DNA from: Eledone cirrhosa | Taxonomy: Eukaryota | Assembly: GCA_964016885.1 (NCBI GenBank) | Contig: OZ024742.1 | Location: forward strand, 117,676,001-117,740,000 | Direction of reading: 5' to 3' | DNA length: 64,000 nucleotides | Shown: positions 39,126 through 52,883 of the stretch, in pieces | Position numbering within the stretch: position 1 is the stretch's first letter | Layout: the number at the start of each line of letters is the position of its first letter | Notes under the pieces: model-generated | Database searches by the model: none | Told to the model about the DNA's origin: nothing | What the model saw: the letters and a program-made list of their open reading frames with translations, nothing else | Translations under genes and position numbers: made by a program

Positions 39126-39969
39126 CAACACACACACATATGTGTGTGTGTGTGTGTGTGTATGTGTTAATTGTGTATCGGGTTTAGAATAAATATACTG
39201 TATCTCTGCATTCCGTAAGTCAGGAATCGGCATGGAAAAGTTGATGTAATAACGGTCATGAGGAGGTGAACATATATATATATATATATATAAATGTATG
39301 TGCATGTAAATATACATATATATATGTATATAAACATACATATGCACACACATTTACACTCTCACATGTGTATCAAATCTTAGAACACTGGTTTCTTCAC
39401 ATGTGTATCAAATCTTAGCACACTGGTTTCTCTCTTTTTCACTGTTTTCCATATTCTTCCCTTTTCATTATTACATCATTTCCATTTAGATGTCTATTTA
39501 ATATTTATGTATTTGCCTAGTGCTTGTCTCTGTTTTTGTTGACATATCTCTGCATTTGTTTCTTTTTCTTTTTTTATTGCAAGACAAAATGACCAGAATG
39601 TTCAATATGAATACAGAGATATACAATTGTATTTTAATAAATGTATCAATCAGCAACTTTATACATCAAAATAAATGTGACCATTACTTGTCTAATAACC
39701 TGGCAAAGAATATACTTATAGTTTTGTGGATGTTCATTTTCTAATTTCTATGTACAAAGTGGAAACAAACACAGACAACTCCTATCTATATATAGATATA
39801 TATTGGTGGTGATTTAAATACAATTTCTTATTCACTCTTTACCATCTCAAGAAGAGTGAAGCCAAAACATTTATATATCAACTCTTTCTCATTTCTTTTG
39901 TGTGTTAAACTAATATTCTAAATTCGCACCATATTCCATTTTGTTGTTTGTTTGTCTCTTCTCTTCTTC

Positions 39970-40009
<40 letters not shown>

Positions 40010-40344
40010 AGCATAAAAACACTGTCTTGCAGGTAGCATAATTGTCTTCTTACATAGCTGTTTGTATATTGTGATAAAGAAACAAACATAGATAGAAAAG
40101 AGAGAGAGAAAGAAAGAAAGAAGTAGACATGTATAGGCCAATGGATAGATAGAGAGATGAACAGATAGATAGATAGATTGTGTACTCATAGATTACTTAA
40201 TAATCTATATTTTGCAGAAAGTATAGATAACGATTATGTTGATAAATATTAAAAAAAAAAAATGTTCTTTCTCCCTCATGGAAACTACCAAACGTGTTTC
40301 ATCTTAAAATGGATTACCAAACTTTATTTATTATAAAAGACATC

Positions 40345-40375
<31 letters not shown>

Positions 40376-40587
40376 AGTTATATAAACAGTTATTTATAAG
40401 AAAGTTAATTGAATAAGATATACAGACAACTGTGTGTGTGTGTGTTCTTTGCATTATTTCAATAATATCACATGTATAAAAATCATTGTATTCGTTTGCT
40501 AGTTTTAGACATTTCTAGGACATTTTAAACCTGATGGAGACCATCTTCTCTCCAAGTCTGAACAAAGCCAATTTCTTCCAGGGAAGA

Positions 40588-40922
40588 GGAGGCACATGGC
40601 TTAGTGGTTGGAGCATTGTGCTTGCAATTGAAAGGTTGTGAGTTCAATTCTCAGACCGGCTCATGTGTTGTTTCCTTGGCAAGACACTTTATTTCACATT
40701 GCTCCAGTTTACTCAGCTGTAGAAATGAGATGATAGGACTGGGGTCCATATCATTCCACTGCAAAGTGGTCGTGGAGGTGCTATGGCAAAAAAGCACCCA
40801 GCACTCACTGTAAATGAGGTTGGTGTTAGGAAGGGCATCCAGCTGTAGAAATCAAGCCAGAATCAGTTCCCATCCCACCCTTGCAAGCAGGGAAAAGCGG
40901 ACGTAAAATGAAATGATGATGA
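40588..40922 (+). mobile_element. SINE family B (tRNA head, CORE-like middle, RTE-derived tail)
   Basis: TGGCTTAGTGGTT / GAGTTCAATTC boxes, CCTTGGCAAGACACTT...CAGCTGTAGAAATG core, tail near-identical to the RTE 3' UTR, (GAT)n end. Confidence 0.85.
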
Positions 40923-41170
40923 AGGAGAGAGCTCAATAGAGAAGTGAGGAAGAATTGACATCAGTACTGTACTGGTACTTTATTATCAACCAGGCAAAGT
41001 TGACCTCAGCACGATTTGAACTCAGAGCTAGAATGAATACTCCCTAGTATTCGATCTAATGTTCTTAACTAATTTGAATTAGTAAGGCCATTATTCAATT
41101 TTTCCATCAAATCAGTTTAAGCTTGACCATCCTATCCTATAATAATATCTCTTCCTCTCTCATATATATA

Positions 41171-41380
41171 TAGGAAAAAGTATGACCCCGGCGGCAGAGC
41201 TCAAGCCGTTTCGACGGCTATTTCTGGACTATCAGAAATAGCCGTCGAAACGGCTTGAGCTCTAGGAAAAAGTATGACCCCGACGGCAGAGCTAAAGCCG
41301 TTTCGATGGCTATTTCTGATAGTCCAGAAATAGCCGTCGAAACGGCTTGAGCTCTGCCGTCGGGGTCATACATTTTCCTA
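41171..41380. repeat. Compound fold-back palindrome A-B-loop'-B'-A-B-loop-B'-A'
   Basis: A is 26 bp and B is 30 bp; loops GACTAT (41227-41232) and ATAGTC (41319-41324) are reverse complements. Confidence 0.92.
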
Positions 41381-41942
41381 TTTCCCACTCTACTACCCTA
41401 AGTATTGAGTACTCTGGTGCGTTATGGTCCATCTGGTTCCTTACCACAATTCCTTTGTTATATATATATATATATTCATATGTATATAGCAAGAATTTAG
41501 GAAAAGCAATGTTTATATTGAAATAGATAAATGAAATTTTTTCACATCTCACCTGTTTACTTTTGTGCTGAATGTAACAGATGTTACAGGAGATGATGGT
41601 ATATGGAATCCTCGAACAGAAAGAGTTAATGTCCCTGTCCTAGTTATATTTTCATGGATGGCATTCCATTAGAGAGCTTTAAATCAACAAAAACAATGGA
41701 AGGATAGAAATTATTTCCTGATCCCGACAATTGTTTCTATGCTATTAAATTTCTTTTATTTGAACTTACAGAAAATATAATTACTTTGCAAGAAATTTGA
41801 AAATTGCAACGTTTCTTCACGTGGTCTGAGCTAAATAAATTCATCAAATTCAGTTTAAACATATTTAAAACACAAACAACAAAGAAAAGAAAAAGAAAAA
41901 TGTATGCATTCATAGATACAGATATATTCACACTCATATGTA

Positions 41943-41979
<37 letters not shown>

Positions 41980-42729
41980 ATCTCTCTCTCTCTATCTATC
42001 TATATATATATATATATCATCATCATCATCATCTTATGTCTTCTGTTGCATGGGTTGGATGGTCATTTTAAGCACAGCCTCCTTCCACTTGCAATTTTCT
42101 TTCGTCATCTCTAAGTTTCCATTTTTTTAGATCAGCTCTAACCACCTCTGCCCAGATCTTTAATAGTCTCCCTCTGTAGCAGCGTTCTTCTCCTGGCAGC
42201 AGGTGGTACTCCTTCACTCACTCTTCTTCATCTTAATACATCACATGTACAAATCAGTGCAGTTGATTTGCTGTTGCTGTCTCAGGTTGTCGTTCACCTG
42301 ATCAGTGACAATTTTTCAGGGTTCACCACGAGGAAGTCAACAAACAATCTCGAAGTGAAATTGAACCAGCAGCTGACCTCCAGACAGCACCTTAACTCCT
42401 TGCGCACAAAGGTGTCCAGCAGAGCTGTGAAACTCAAATTTCAACATTATCCAGATGTGAAGAGCCAGCTGGCAATAGATATCTCGACCATCCCAACTGA
42501 ATGTCAATCCCTATGCAGACCTCCAGTTGCCAACACCTCTTGGCAGGAGTGGGTGTCCCTGAATTGGCTACACAAAGGTGTTGGCCAATTCAGTGCAGAC
42601 TGCAAAACACATACTAAGTGAGTGCCTGGATCTTTGCCTAGCTGAGAGTGTACCTCACACACCCTAATCTCACTACCATCAGCTGGTTGCTGCACCTGGT
42701 GAATGCCACATGATTGCTGTTTCATATGA

Positions 42730-43630
42730 AAGAAGAAGAACCAGTGCAGTCTTGCACACCACATCCAATTTTCTTAGACCCAGCTTTTTTCTCAGTTCAG
42801 TGCATGTTTGTTTCGTTACTCTCCAGTCCCCATATCTCCTCTGCATTTACTGCCCTTGTCTCACTGTCATGCAACATTGTACTTCTCACTCAGGCATCAT
42901 ACAATCTACCCATCTGATTATAGAGAAAATCCCTTTGTTGTCAACAGAGGTAGTAGTTCCCTAAATATTTTCTAGACTGTTCTTATTCTAACTACTATTC
43001 TTTCAGAGCAACTCCTTCACTGCTAATTAAGCCACCTAAGTAACAGAAATTAGCAATTATTTTTATGGTACTTTTCTGAAACTTGAAATGTTTTATTTCA
43101 CTGTTGTTCTTACTACACACTATTCCTGTGCATTTGTTACAGGTAAAGTTTATCTTTTCTGTTAGTCTGGCTACAATCCCACTACATCTCATTGAGTACA
43201 TCATACAGAGTTTCTATCTACCATTTTCCTACATATTGAGCACAGCCACTTCTTTGTTAGAACGAGAGTTGTGTCTCTTTTCTACTTACTAAAACTTGGG
43301 TCTTTTTCCTGTTTCCACAATAGGAATTTCTTCTCACACTTTTCCACAGATTCAGCCTATAATAGCCAGGTTATCAGGATACCAAAATTATCATGGATGG
43401 CCAGTTTTAAACTCTTCTGTTATGGCCTGAAGAACTATAACAAACAGAAGTGAGCTGATCACTGAGCTTTGATGAACACCCACCTGCACATTGATTTCCT
43501 GATTAAACTTTTTACCTACTTTCACTTTACCCACAACATCTCTGTACATGGCTTGCATTGCTTTAACAAGCCATTCATCTACACCCATTTTCCTTAAGGG
43601 CCACAAGATAACAAATCAAAGGCCTTTTCC
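42730..43630 (-). mobile_element. RTE LINE fragment
   Basis: WPLRKMGVDEWLVKAMQAMY...VGVHQSSVISSLLF and NFCYLG motifs. Confidence 0.8.
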
Positions 43631-43912
43631 ATAAAAACAAAGAGCTGAGAAGACTCTTAGATGTGTCAAAGATATGACAACCTCCCTACCATTGGTGCCA
43701 TGACGCCATAGCAGAATGTTGTCAGTTAGTTGATTAGGAAAAAAACATCCAAATAAAGGAAACATGCAAAAACTGGAATGTATATAAGTAAGTCATGACA
43801 CCTGGCTCATCTGGAAGTTATGTCAGTATGTGCTGACACAACCAACCCATACCAGCATTGTAAAACATGTTAAATGTTATGTATTATAGCTTCCAAAGAA
43901 TTCCATCCATAT

Positions 43913-44258
43913 GGAGGCACATGGCTTAGTGGTTAGAGCATAGGCCTTACAATCGAAAGGTTGTGAGTTCAATTCTCAGACCGGGTGATGTGTTGTTTCC
44001 TTGAGCAAGACACTTTATTTCACGTTGCTCCAGTTTACTCAGCTGTAGAAATGAGATGATAGGGACTGGGGTTCATATCATTCCACTGCAAAGTGGTCGT
44101 TGAGGTGCCACGGCAAAAAAAGCACCCAACACTCACTGTAAATGAGGTTGGTGTTAGGAAGGGCATCCAGCTGTAGAAATCAAGTCAAAATCAGTTCCCG
44201 TCCCACCCTTGCAAGCAGGGAAAAACGGACGTAAAATGAAATGATGATGATGATGATG
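43913..44258 (+). mobile_element. SINE family B, full-length
   Basis: Near-identical to 40588..40922. Confidence 0.88.
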
Positions 44259-44974
44259 AAGGCATTGGTCAAGCAAAGACTATTGCCCAAGGTGCTGCTC
44301 ACTTGAGTGACATGGTTGCAAGGAAAACTTCTTGACCACACAACAATAACTGTACCCATAATTTAATTGATATTACTACTGTTCAACAATATGTCGAAAG
44401 ATATATTTTAGAAACATAATTTCAATCTATTTTCATTTCTGTCTGGCAATATTTATATATTTCGAAGTTGTTCTTGTTTGGCAAAGCATCTTGATCTGAG
44501 ATTGTTGAAACTGAAGCAATTACATCATGGTAGTCATTTCAGCAATTAAAACACACACATTTCCATAGTACTTCTGTGACCAGATCTCTGGCACCTCACA
44601 AAATAATTGAAGAGTGAATATAACAGATTTTGATGTGTGCGTGTGTGTTTTTTTTTTGGGGGGGGGGGGGGCAGGTTTTTTTTTTAGTGACTAAAATGGC
44701 TTTCCCATAATGTAATTGAAACATTTGAATAATTTATTAATGATGTATTTTTTTTTACATACTGAATATTATGTTAAATAAAACAGTTTGTCAAGCAATC
44801 GTGAATGGATGGCTAAACTTAGCAATACATATGAAATTTAATACAAAATTTTAACACATTTTTTAAACAATGATCACTTTTGTCTATTTTCTATATATTT
44901 TTATTTTTTCAAATTTCAAATAAATATTTAAGTAAATCGTCTTTTGCATTTGTTTTGCAAGATTCTTGATATGT

Positions 44975-45575
44975 ATCATCATCATCATCATCATCACTGT
45001 TTTACGTCTATTCTTCCATGCTAGTGTGGGTTAGACAGGTTGTCCTGTTGTGGGCAATGCAGGTCGGGTGACCTTGTCTTGCTCATACGGGAACTGATTT
45101 TGGCTTGATTTCTACAGCTGGATGCCCTTCCAAACACCAACCTCATTTACAGTGAGTACTGGGTACTTTTTTCCGTGGCGCCTACATGACTACTTTACAG
45201 TGTAGACTGGGTGCTTTTTTGTTGTGACACCTCCATGACCGCTTTGCAGTGGGAGAGGGTGGAGGCATATTGTCGATATGCTTCAGCTTCGGCTTGTTCC
45301 CATGGGAAGTCGGGTCTTCTGTATTACTGCGTGATGCCAGAGGTCACGGTCCTGTGTTATCGCCGTTGAGAGGTGCAATTGGGAAAGGTCCGCTTTTATC
45401 ACCTCATCCCAGATCTTCTTGGATCTCCCCCACACCATGGCTTCCATCAACTTTTAGTGCTTTGCACCTTTTTATGCAGCTGTCATCCTTCATATGCATC
45501 ACATGTCCATACCAATGCATCCGCCTCTCCTGCACACAGCATTTAATTCCTCTTATGCTCAGTCTCTCTCTTATG
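44975..45575 (-). mobile_element. RTE LINE 3' end with (GAT)n tail
   Basis: Reverse complement of the 20850-21400 type sequence. Confidence 0.82.
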
Positions 45576-45609
45576 TATATATATAATGTGTGTGTGTGTA
45601 TATATATAT

Positions 45610-46078
45610 TATTTGGTGGTCCTTAAGGAAATTAGGTGTAGAAGAATGGATTGTGAGAGCAGTGCAAGCTATGTACAGCAAAACCGTCAGTAAAGTGAGA
45701 GTAGGAAATGAGTTTTGTGAGGAATTCAATGTACATCAAGGTTCAGTTCTTAGCCCACTGCTGTTCATCATATTTCTCTAGACCATAACAGGGAAGTTTA
45801 AAACAAGCTGTCCATGGGAACCTCCCTATTTAGTCCTTATATTTGAAACCAAAAAAAAAGAGAACTAGAAAATAAATTCTGATTATGGAAACTGAATTTG
45901 GAGTCAAAGAGAATGAGTGTAAACTTAGCCAAATCTAAATTGTTAGTGAGTAGGAAAGAAGATAGGACCCAAATTCCTTCAGGGAAGTGGCCCTGCTCAA
46001 TATGTAGAAAAGAAGTAGTTATGAATTCCTTACAGTGTACACAATGTAAATTTTGGGTATATATATGTGGAAAGAGAT
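45610..46078 (+). mobile_element. RTE LINE RT fragment
   Basis: WWSLRKLGVEEW.VRAVQAMY, VHQGSVLSPLLF and SGKWPCSIC motifs. Confidence 0.8.
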
Positions 46079-46529
46079 AGAAGGTTAAACAATGCAACAT
46101 GGACTGTAAGATGAGGTTACGAAAAAGTGAGTTACCTGGTAATCTTTTTTTGTTTTTTGTTGTTGCTGTTATTTCTTCTTTCCTAATATTTCGGGACCTA
46201 AAATTCCCTTTGTCAGAGTTTAAATAACTTAATATATTGCTATATGCAGTGATTCTCATTCTTTCTTTAAATGTTCTTTATGTGCAAATATATGCATATC
46301 TTATGCTAATTTGAGATTGTACTTGTGCACCCATGTGGGTAAGGCACACATGAATTATTGGAATTACATTCAGGATAACCAGTTTTAATGCCATGTCTAA
46401 AATCTTGCATGTCACTAAGAAAATTGAAAAATTAAGCCAATGCTGAAATGAGGAATTGCTGTAGTATTTGCAATCAACTCTTCAAACACATTTCAGGGCT
46501 CAAAAGTCATTTAAGATTTCATGCTATAT

Positions 46530-47960
46530 ACTTTAAAAGCAAAGGAGATGCACTATACAGAGAAATCTATAGAGGCATCAAGTTGACAGGCCAGGTCATG
46601 GAGGTCACTGAAAGAGTTATAGCACAGCTGGTTAGGAACCCAGTTAACCTAGATGAGAAGCCGATTTGATTTGTGTTAGGTAAATGTACAACTCATGAGG
46701 ACATCAATAGTACATTTACCCTGTAGAACCCAACAAAAAATAAACCCTTCTACTTGGCATTTGTTGATCTGGAGAAAGCTTTTGACAGAGTGGCCCGTGC
46801 CATAATCTGGTGGGCTCTTAGAAAACTAGGAGAAGGTGAGTGGCTTGTGAAGACAGTGCAAGCCATGTATAGAACAATCAGCAAGATTAGAATTAACAAT
46901 GACTATAGTGAAGAATTTAATCTGTAGGTAGGAGTCCATCAGGGCTCTGTTCTTAGACCTCTCCTGTTTATTATCGCCCTACAGGCTATAACAGAAGAGT
47001 TTAAAATTGGCTGCCCATGGGAAGTTCTATAAGCAGAATCTAGCTGAATCTATGGCAAAATTAGAGAAGAAATTCCAAACATGGAAGCATGACCTAGAAT
47101 CAAAAGGTCTTAAAGTCAAATTGACAAAGTCTAGTCCTAGTATATAGAAAGGAAAACCAATCCAGATTCCCTCAGGGAAATAGCCTAGCTCACTGTACAG
47201 GAAAGGAGTAGGTAGAAATTCCATCATATGTCCCAAATGCAAACTATGGGTACACAAGAGATATAGTGAGATCTCAGGCAGGCTAGTAAGGAATGTAGGT
47301 TTTATATGTGGTTGATACACAGGAGTAGTAAGTAGCAAGCGCTCACTGGAAACTAACTCCTTTAAATGCTCAGAGGGCTCTGTAGAAGTAGTTGATAGTT
47401 TCTGTTACATATGTGTCTAAATTAGCAGTGGAGGCTGGTGTTCTGATAGTATAGAGGCCAGAGTGAGAATGAGATGGAAAAAGTTCAGGAGGCTGCTACT
47501 CCTGCTAGCTTCAACATTATTTTTTCCTCAAAATGGAAGGCAGACTGTATGAAGCTTGTGTACAAATAGTAATGCTGCATGGAAGTGAGAACTGGGCAAT
47601 ATGTGCAGAGGACTTACAAAAATTGGAAAGTAATGAAGCTAACATGCTCTGGTGGATGTGTAATAGCAGTGTGCATGAATGACAAAACATAAATGAACTG
47701 AGAGAGAAACTAGGCATAAGAAGGGTCAGATGCTGTGTATAGGAGACGGGATTGCAGTGGTTTGGACATGTGATGTGTGTGGAGGATGGCAGCTGTAAAA
47801 AAAGGTGCAGGGCACTCAAAGTTGACAGAAACTATAGACGTTTGGGGTGAAGTGATAAAAGCTGACCTTGCACAATTAAACATCACAAAGGAGATGATTC
47901 AGGATCAAGATCTCAGGCATCATGCTGTAGTGCAGAAGACCCACCTTCCCATGTGCACAA
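46530..47960 (+). mobile_element. RTE LINE RT to 3' fragment (~1.4 kb)
   Basis: YRGIKL, AFVDLEKAFDRV, GVHQGSVL and LHGSE motifs, with many stops. Confidence 0.85.
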
Positions 47961-48719
47961 AGTGAAATAAAACAAACATGTAGAACACACAATAGTCTGC
48001 ACCAATCTTCTTTTCACTTCTCCCTATTCACTCTCCCCAATCTTAATACCCTGTTCTCATCAGCTACATATCTCATGCACTTGACAGAATAAGAAATGCA
48101 GAGAAATCTGAAAAAGAAGCGTTATGGAAGCTGAAGGACCTCTCTGTTAAATACAAGTTGTAAGAAAACTCAGCCTGATGGAGACAGATTATAAAAGTAG
48201 CAGTAATAGCAGTGAAAAATATAGAACTACTTATTTTAAATGACAATAAGTAAAGTTACATTTCTTTCTCTCTGTGATGTCAATGACACATCTGAAATGT
48301 TGCTCATATTTACTTAGCTTTCTGTGTCTTTTTGCTGTGATAAGTATGAAAGATGCAGTAGTTGGTCAAAGTGTTCTTTCACTTCCCATATTATTATTCA
48401 CTATAACAATTTTTTTTTCTTTTTCTATCTAAGATGCTAATATTAAGTGGGTTGAAGTTCACTATCTTTTTGTTTGTTTCAGATTTCTTTTGGTTCAAAT
48501 AAAGCACTGTTCAGAGTAAAGAGTAGTTAGTGGGGTGAGTAAGAAGTACATAACAGATTCACTTCCAGATTCATTTCCTCATCAAAAAGTTTACTACAAA
48601 TAGCTGTGCTTACATACATACCAGCTCCTAGATTGACACAGGCATAGTCATTGCATTACAGTTAGGATGTTTGCTTAGCATCAGTGATTCTGAACAGCAA
48701 TTTTTCTCAATTCTATATA

Positions 48720-49895
48720 TCTTTTTTACCTCTCCAGTTGATCCTCTTCGCAATCCCCACACAAGCCAGATCACTGACTATCCCAAAGAATGCGCAGAAC
48801 TCATTGCTGAGTGCTATGCAAGCATTTTTACTGTTGAAAACCAGAATGTACCATCTCCACCATCTCTAACATCAAATTCCATAACAACTATGGAATTTAC
48901 ACCTGCAATGCTGCAACCTTAAGAATAAGCGCAACTATACCTCCCTGGTCTTGATGGTGTTACATACCTGCTTATCAAACGTGGTGGGTACTTCCTTTTG
49001 CACCAACTTTCTTTCTTCTTTCAATACTGTCTCAACAATGGTGTTACTCTGGAGCAGTGGAAAACTGCCAGTGTCATTCCCCTGTTCAAAAAGGGCGACC
49101 GCACGTCACCTGTCAACTATCGTCCAGTCAGTCTTACTAGCTGTATTGCCAAACTGATGGATCTTGTGTCAGAGAAACACTTTGGAACTTCTGGAGCTCT
49201 CACAGCCTCACTCAGCCCTCGCAATTTGGATTTATCCGTAACTCCAGCTGCTGTGATCAGCTTATCGAGTTCCTTGAAGACATTACCCAGATCACTGAAA
49301 GCGGCTCATGGGTGGATGTTGTTTACCTTGACTTCGCTAAGGCTTTTAATTCTGTGCCACACAAAAGACTTATGGCGAAACTCTCTGCAATGGGTGTGAA
49401 GGATGATCTTTTTAACTGGTTGAAATCCTTCATTCTCAGCCGAAAAGAGGTAGTCACAGCTCTAGGACAGCATTCTTCACCATATGAGATGTCATTTGGT
49501 GTATCACAGGGATCTGTTCTTGGTCCCTTTTTGTTTGTTGCATACATTAATGACATAGATACCAACTTAAAGAATGCCACAGTACTGCATTTTGGGAGGA
49601 AAAACCCAGCGTCCACATACTCCCTCCACAGCACTGATATCAAGAAGTCCTCTTGTGAACGTGACCTAGGCATTACTGTCAGCAGCGATTTGCGGTGGAC
49701 AAAGCACATCTCTAAAATTGTCAAGAAGGCTGAGGGTGTCTTGGCATCACTCAGCAAGACCTTTGTTAGCCGCTCTCCAGACATCTATTTAAAGCTCTAT
49801 ACAGCTATGGTATGACCACACTTGGAATTCGCATCATCAGTACTATACATACACTTTTGATGAGTTGTAGTGCACCTGAGCACTGTACGCAATAT
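48720..49895 (+). mobile_element. CR1-like LINE RT fragment, internally deleted
   Basis: WKTASVIPLFKKGDRTSPVNYRPVSLTS, VDVVYLDFAKAFNSVPH, GVSQGSVLGP.LF..YIND and ERDLGITVSSDL motifs; (ATT)n tail. Confidence 0.88.
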
Positions 49896-50537
49896 TTTCA
49901 TTATTATTATTACCTCAAACATATTTTATATTAAAAGGGTGAATTTACAGTCATTGAAGAGTTGAATGAAATATCTCAGAGTATTTTTTCTGGCTCTCTG
50001 CACTCTTAAGTTTAAATACTGCAGAGTGATGCATGTGATGAGAAGGGAGTGGCATCAGATAGACTTGACATACAGGACAATTGGAAGTTCCTATGTCACA
50101 ACCTACTGCAGGCTACTGATGAGACTTGCAACTGGAACAAAGCACCAACCAGACAGCAAGTAAAATGTTGGTGGAACATTACCATGGATAAAGCTGTTAA
50201 AGCCAAAAGAAAGGCACAGGAAGACTGAAACAAAGGTGGTAACAAAGATCAATCTCAGGTAGCAGAAAGTTAAACAACAGATATGCATAGCATGCAAAGA
50301 AGCTGAAAGCAGGTTTGCCAATATCCTGAAATGAAGGATCAGAGATATAAGGTGTTCCATATTGCAAAGCAATGTGTCAGTGGGAATCTAGCAGAAAGTT
50401 AAACAACAGATATACATAGCATGCAAAGAAGCTGAAAGCAGGTTTGCCAATATGCTGAAATGAAGGATCAGAGATATGAGGTTTTCCATATTGCAAAGCA
50501 GTGTGTCAGTGGGAATCTGGATGTTGTTCGGAAAATG

Positions 50538-51440
50538 TGAGTTTGAAATAATATACTCAAAAGACAGAAACCTCGAAATACTATATTGAGAGGCTGATGA
50601 ATGTATAACAGAATACTCCTATGTTTTACTGGCAAAGATTCGAAACCGTATCTGAGGTTTCTCGCCTCTAGGACCACCCATTATTGGAAGGTTCCCACCA
50701 TTGTCCTGTCAAGACAACAATGATAAACGTACATACCACTTGACCTGTGACCCCAGCTTCCTGGGAGACGATATCCACATGGCTGATCATAAATCAACCT
50801 CATATACACATCCTTCTAACTATAGCATTATCATAAATACAAGGACTTAGGGAATCCAGCAGCCAGAGAGACCGAAGCAAGCAGTCCGTGTTAAGGTTAA
50901 CGATGTAGCAGACCTTTTACTCTTTCTCTCTCCTGATTTTGCTGGCTTTCACCTTCTCGGCCACAGACGACAGTCAGCACGCAGACCAAAGCAAGCAGCA
51001 GTCTTTGAGATGAATAATGTATACTAAAAATAGACACACACACACACACATAGTAAGTTCATTTATTCTTCCATCTCCTTGTTATATTGTAACATCAAAT
51101 TAAGACATGCATGCACGCTAGCTCAAAGTAGCTAGCCAGCAAATTAATGTAGTGATAAATTCTGTCATATGTTGTTATTGTAAAATAAACGTTGTTAACA
51201 ACACAATCCTGGCATTATTCTTAGGGCGGTGGATTGGCAGTATTGGTAGAGGCTCGGACACCATGCTTTCCAGCATAGTTACGTCCTTTTGCGGTCTGAG
51301 TTCAAATCCCGCCGAGGTTAACTTTGCCTTTCATCCTTATGGGGTCGATAAAATAAAGTACCAGTAATGTACTGGGTAATTGATGGCTTTGTGCCAAAAG
51401 TGGAAACAATTATTCTTCTTCTCAAGCATTATCTACTACA
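50538..51440 (+). mobile_element. Putative solo LTR inserted in an RTE fragment, with a nested SINE A (51224-51408)
   Basis: TG...CA ends flanked by AATG on both sides (duplication extendable to AAATGTGAG); TATA-like site ~50832, AATAAA ~51184; interrupts an RTE-like sequence. Confidence 0.55.
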
Positions 51441-52883
51441 AATGTGAGAAATAAGTGAAAGGAAAAGAGATTAGCTCAATTTGTAGAAAAGGAGTAGGTA
51501 GAAAATCTGTAGAATATACAGGTTGTCAGTTTGATTCCCAGCCTGAGTGCTGTCCTTGAACAAGACACTTTATTTCACGTTGCTCTTTCTGCTAGGATTT
51601 GCAACTGGTAGATAGTACTAGCAATTGGAAAGACCAATAGAAAAATTGTTTCCTCGGTTCTATTTGACAAGCACCACTCGGCTCATTAAGTAAGTGAGGT
51701 CTGGGATCTTGTCAATCAACTGTTGCCTTTTCCTTCCACAATATACAATATGTAAATCTTGGGTGTACAAGAGGTGTAGTGGGATAGCAGGCGGACTAAC
51801 AGAAAACTTTGTATGTCCAGAGATAGTTAGTAGTAAGAACATCAGTCCAATAAATGTTTTCCTATCACAGGATGGTTCAATAGAAGTGGTTAGGTAACTG
51901 AATTAGCCGTAGCTGGAGTTCACTCTGTGATGGACTGGCATCATGTCTAGAGGGACTCATACTCCTAGTTGATTAACACCAAAGAAACTGGAATAAGCAC
52001 CAGCCTGATAAGCTTGGGATGAATTTTAACTTTGTCAGCTCACTTTGGTGAAATCAGTAGTGCAGATATCCAGTATATGGCAGGTGTAAATTCATGTCCC
52101 ACAAGGAAAAGAGAGAGAGAGACATCATTTAACTGTAACTTTTGTTGTATTTGAGCTGTACATCACTTCCAACCCTACAATTATCTAGGCCAGCTCATAA
52201 TTTAGAACAAACTCAATAAAAATGTCCATACCAATTTACTATCATGTACCTTGCAATGTTTGCAAGCATGGTTGTTTGCTTAAGATGTTTCCTTTGCAAC
52301 CATATAGTTTCAGTTTCAATCCCACTATAGGACACTTTGAGCAAGTACCTTCTGCAGTAACCTTTGGTCAACCAAAGACTTCTGAATGAAACTTGGTAGA
52401 TGGAAACTGTGTAAAAGCCTACTGTTGCTATTTTTGAAAGGGAGATTTAATCCATTGCTATGAGTGCCCTTTACAAATTCCACCCTTATTCAAGTGTTCA
52501 AGCCCAGTCTCTTCCTCCAACTCAGATACAAATATAATCAGTGCTACCTTGCCTACTCTTACTATACAATAAAAAAATATATTAAAAATACCACTTAGTG
52601 AGAAAAAATAGCATATGCACACACACATACCCATAAAATCTTATTCACTAAGACGTCTTTTGATAATTATGCCTATTATGCACTCAGTATCATCATCATT
52701 ATCACAATTAACATCACTTAACAGCCATTTTTCCAGGAGAGAGTGGAGGGTGCAGTGAAGATGACAATAGTTACTAAATAGGAATTGTTTGTAGGAGGGA
52801 GGATATAAGAGTGTAGTGCTTACTAATATCAGAGATGGAGGAAATGGTGGGATTCGTCATGTGTATGTGTGTATATATATATA

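Noticed and set aside
46460-46522. Perfect C2H2 zinc-finger pattern CSICNQLFKHISGLKSHLRFH
   Set aside because: Single finger with no TGEKP linker and no obvious splice context, embedded among LINE debris. It matches the terminal zinc finger seen in RTE-type LINE ORFs rather than a host C2H2 gene.
50260-50520. ~128-bp direct duplication (also 29 bp at ~17874-17931 and ~35 bp at ~39363-39431)
   Set aside because: Ordinary local tandem duplications within dead repeats or non-coding DNA; no sign of function.
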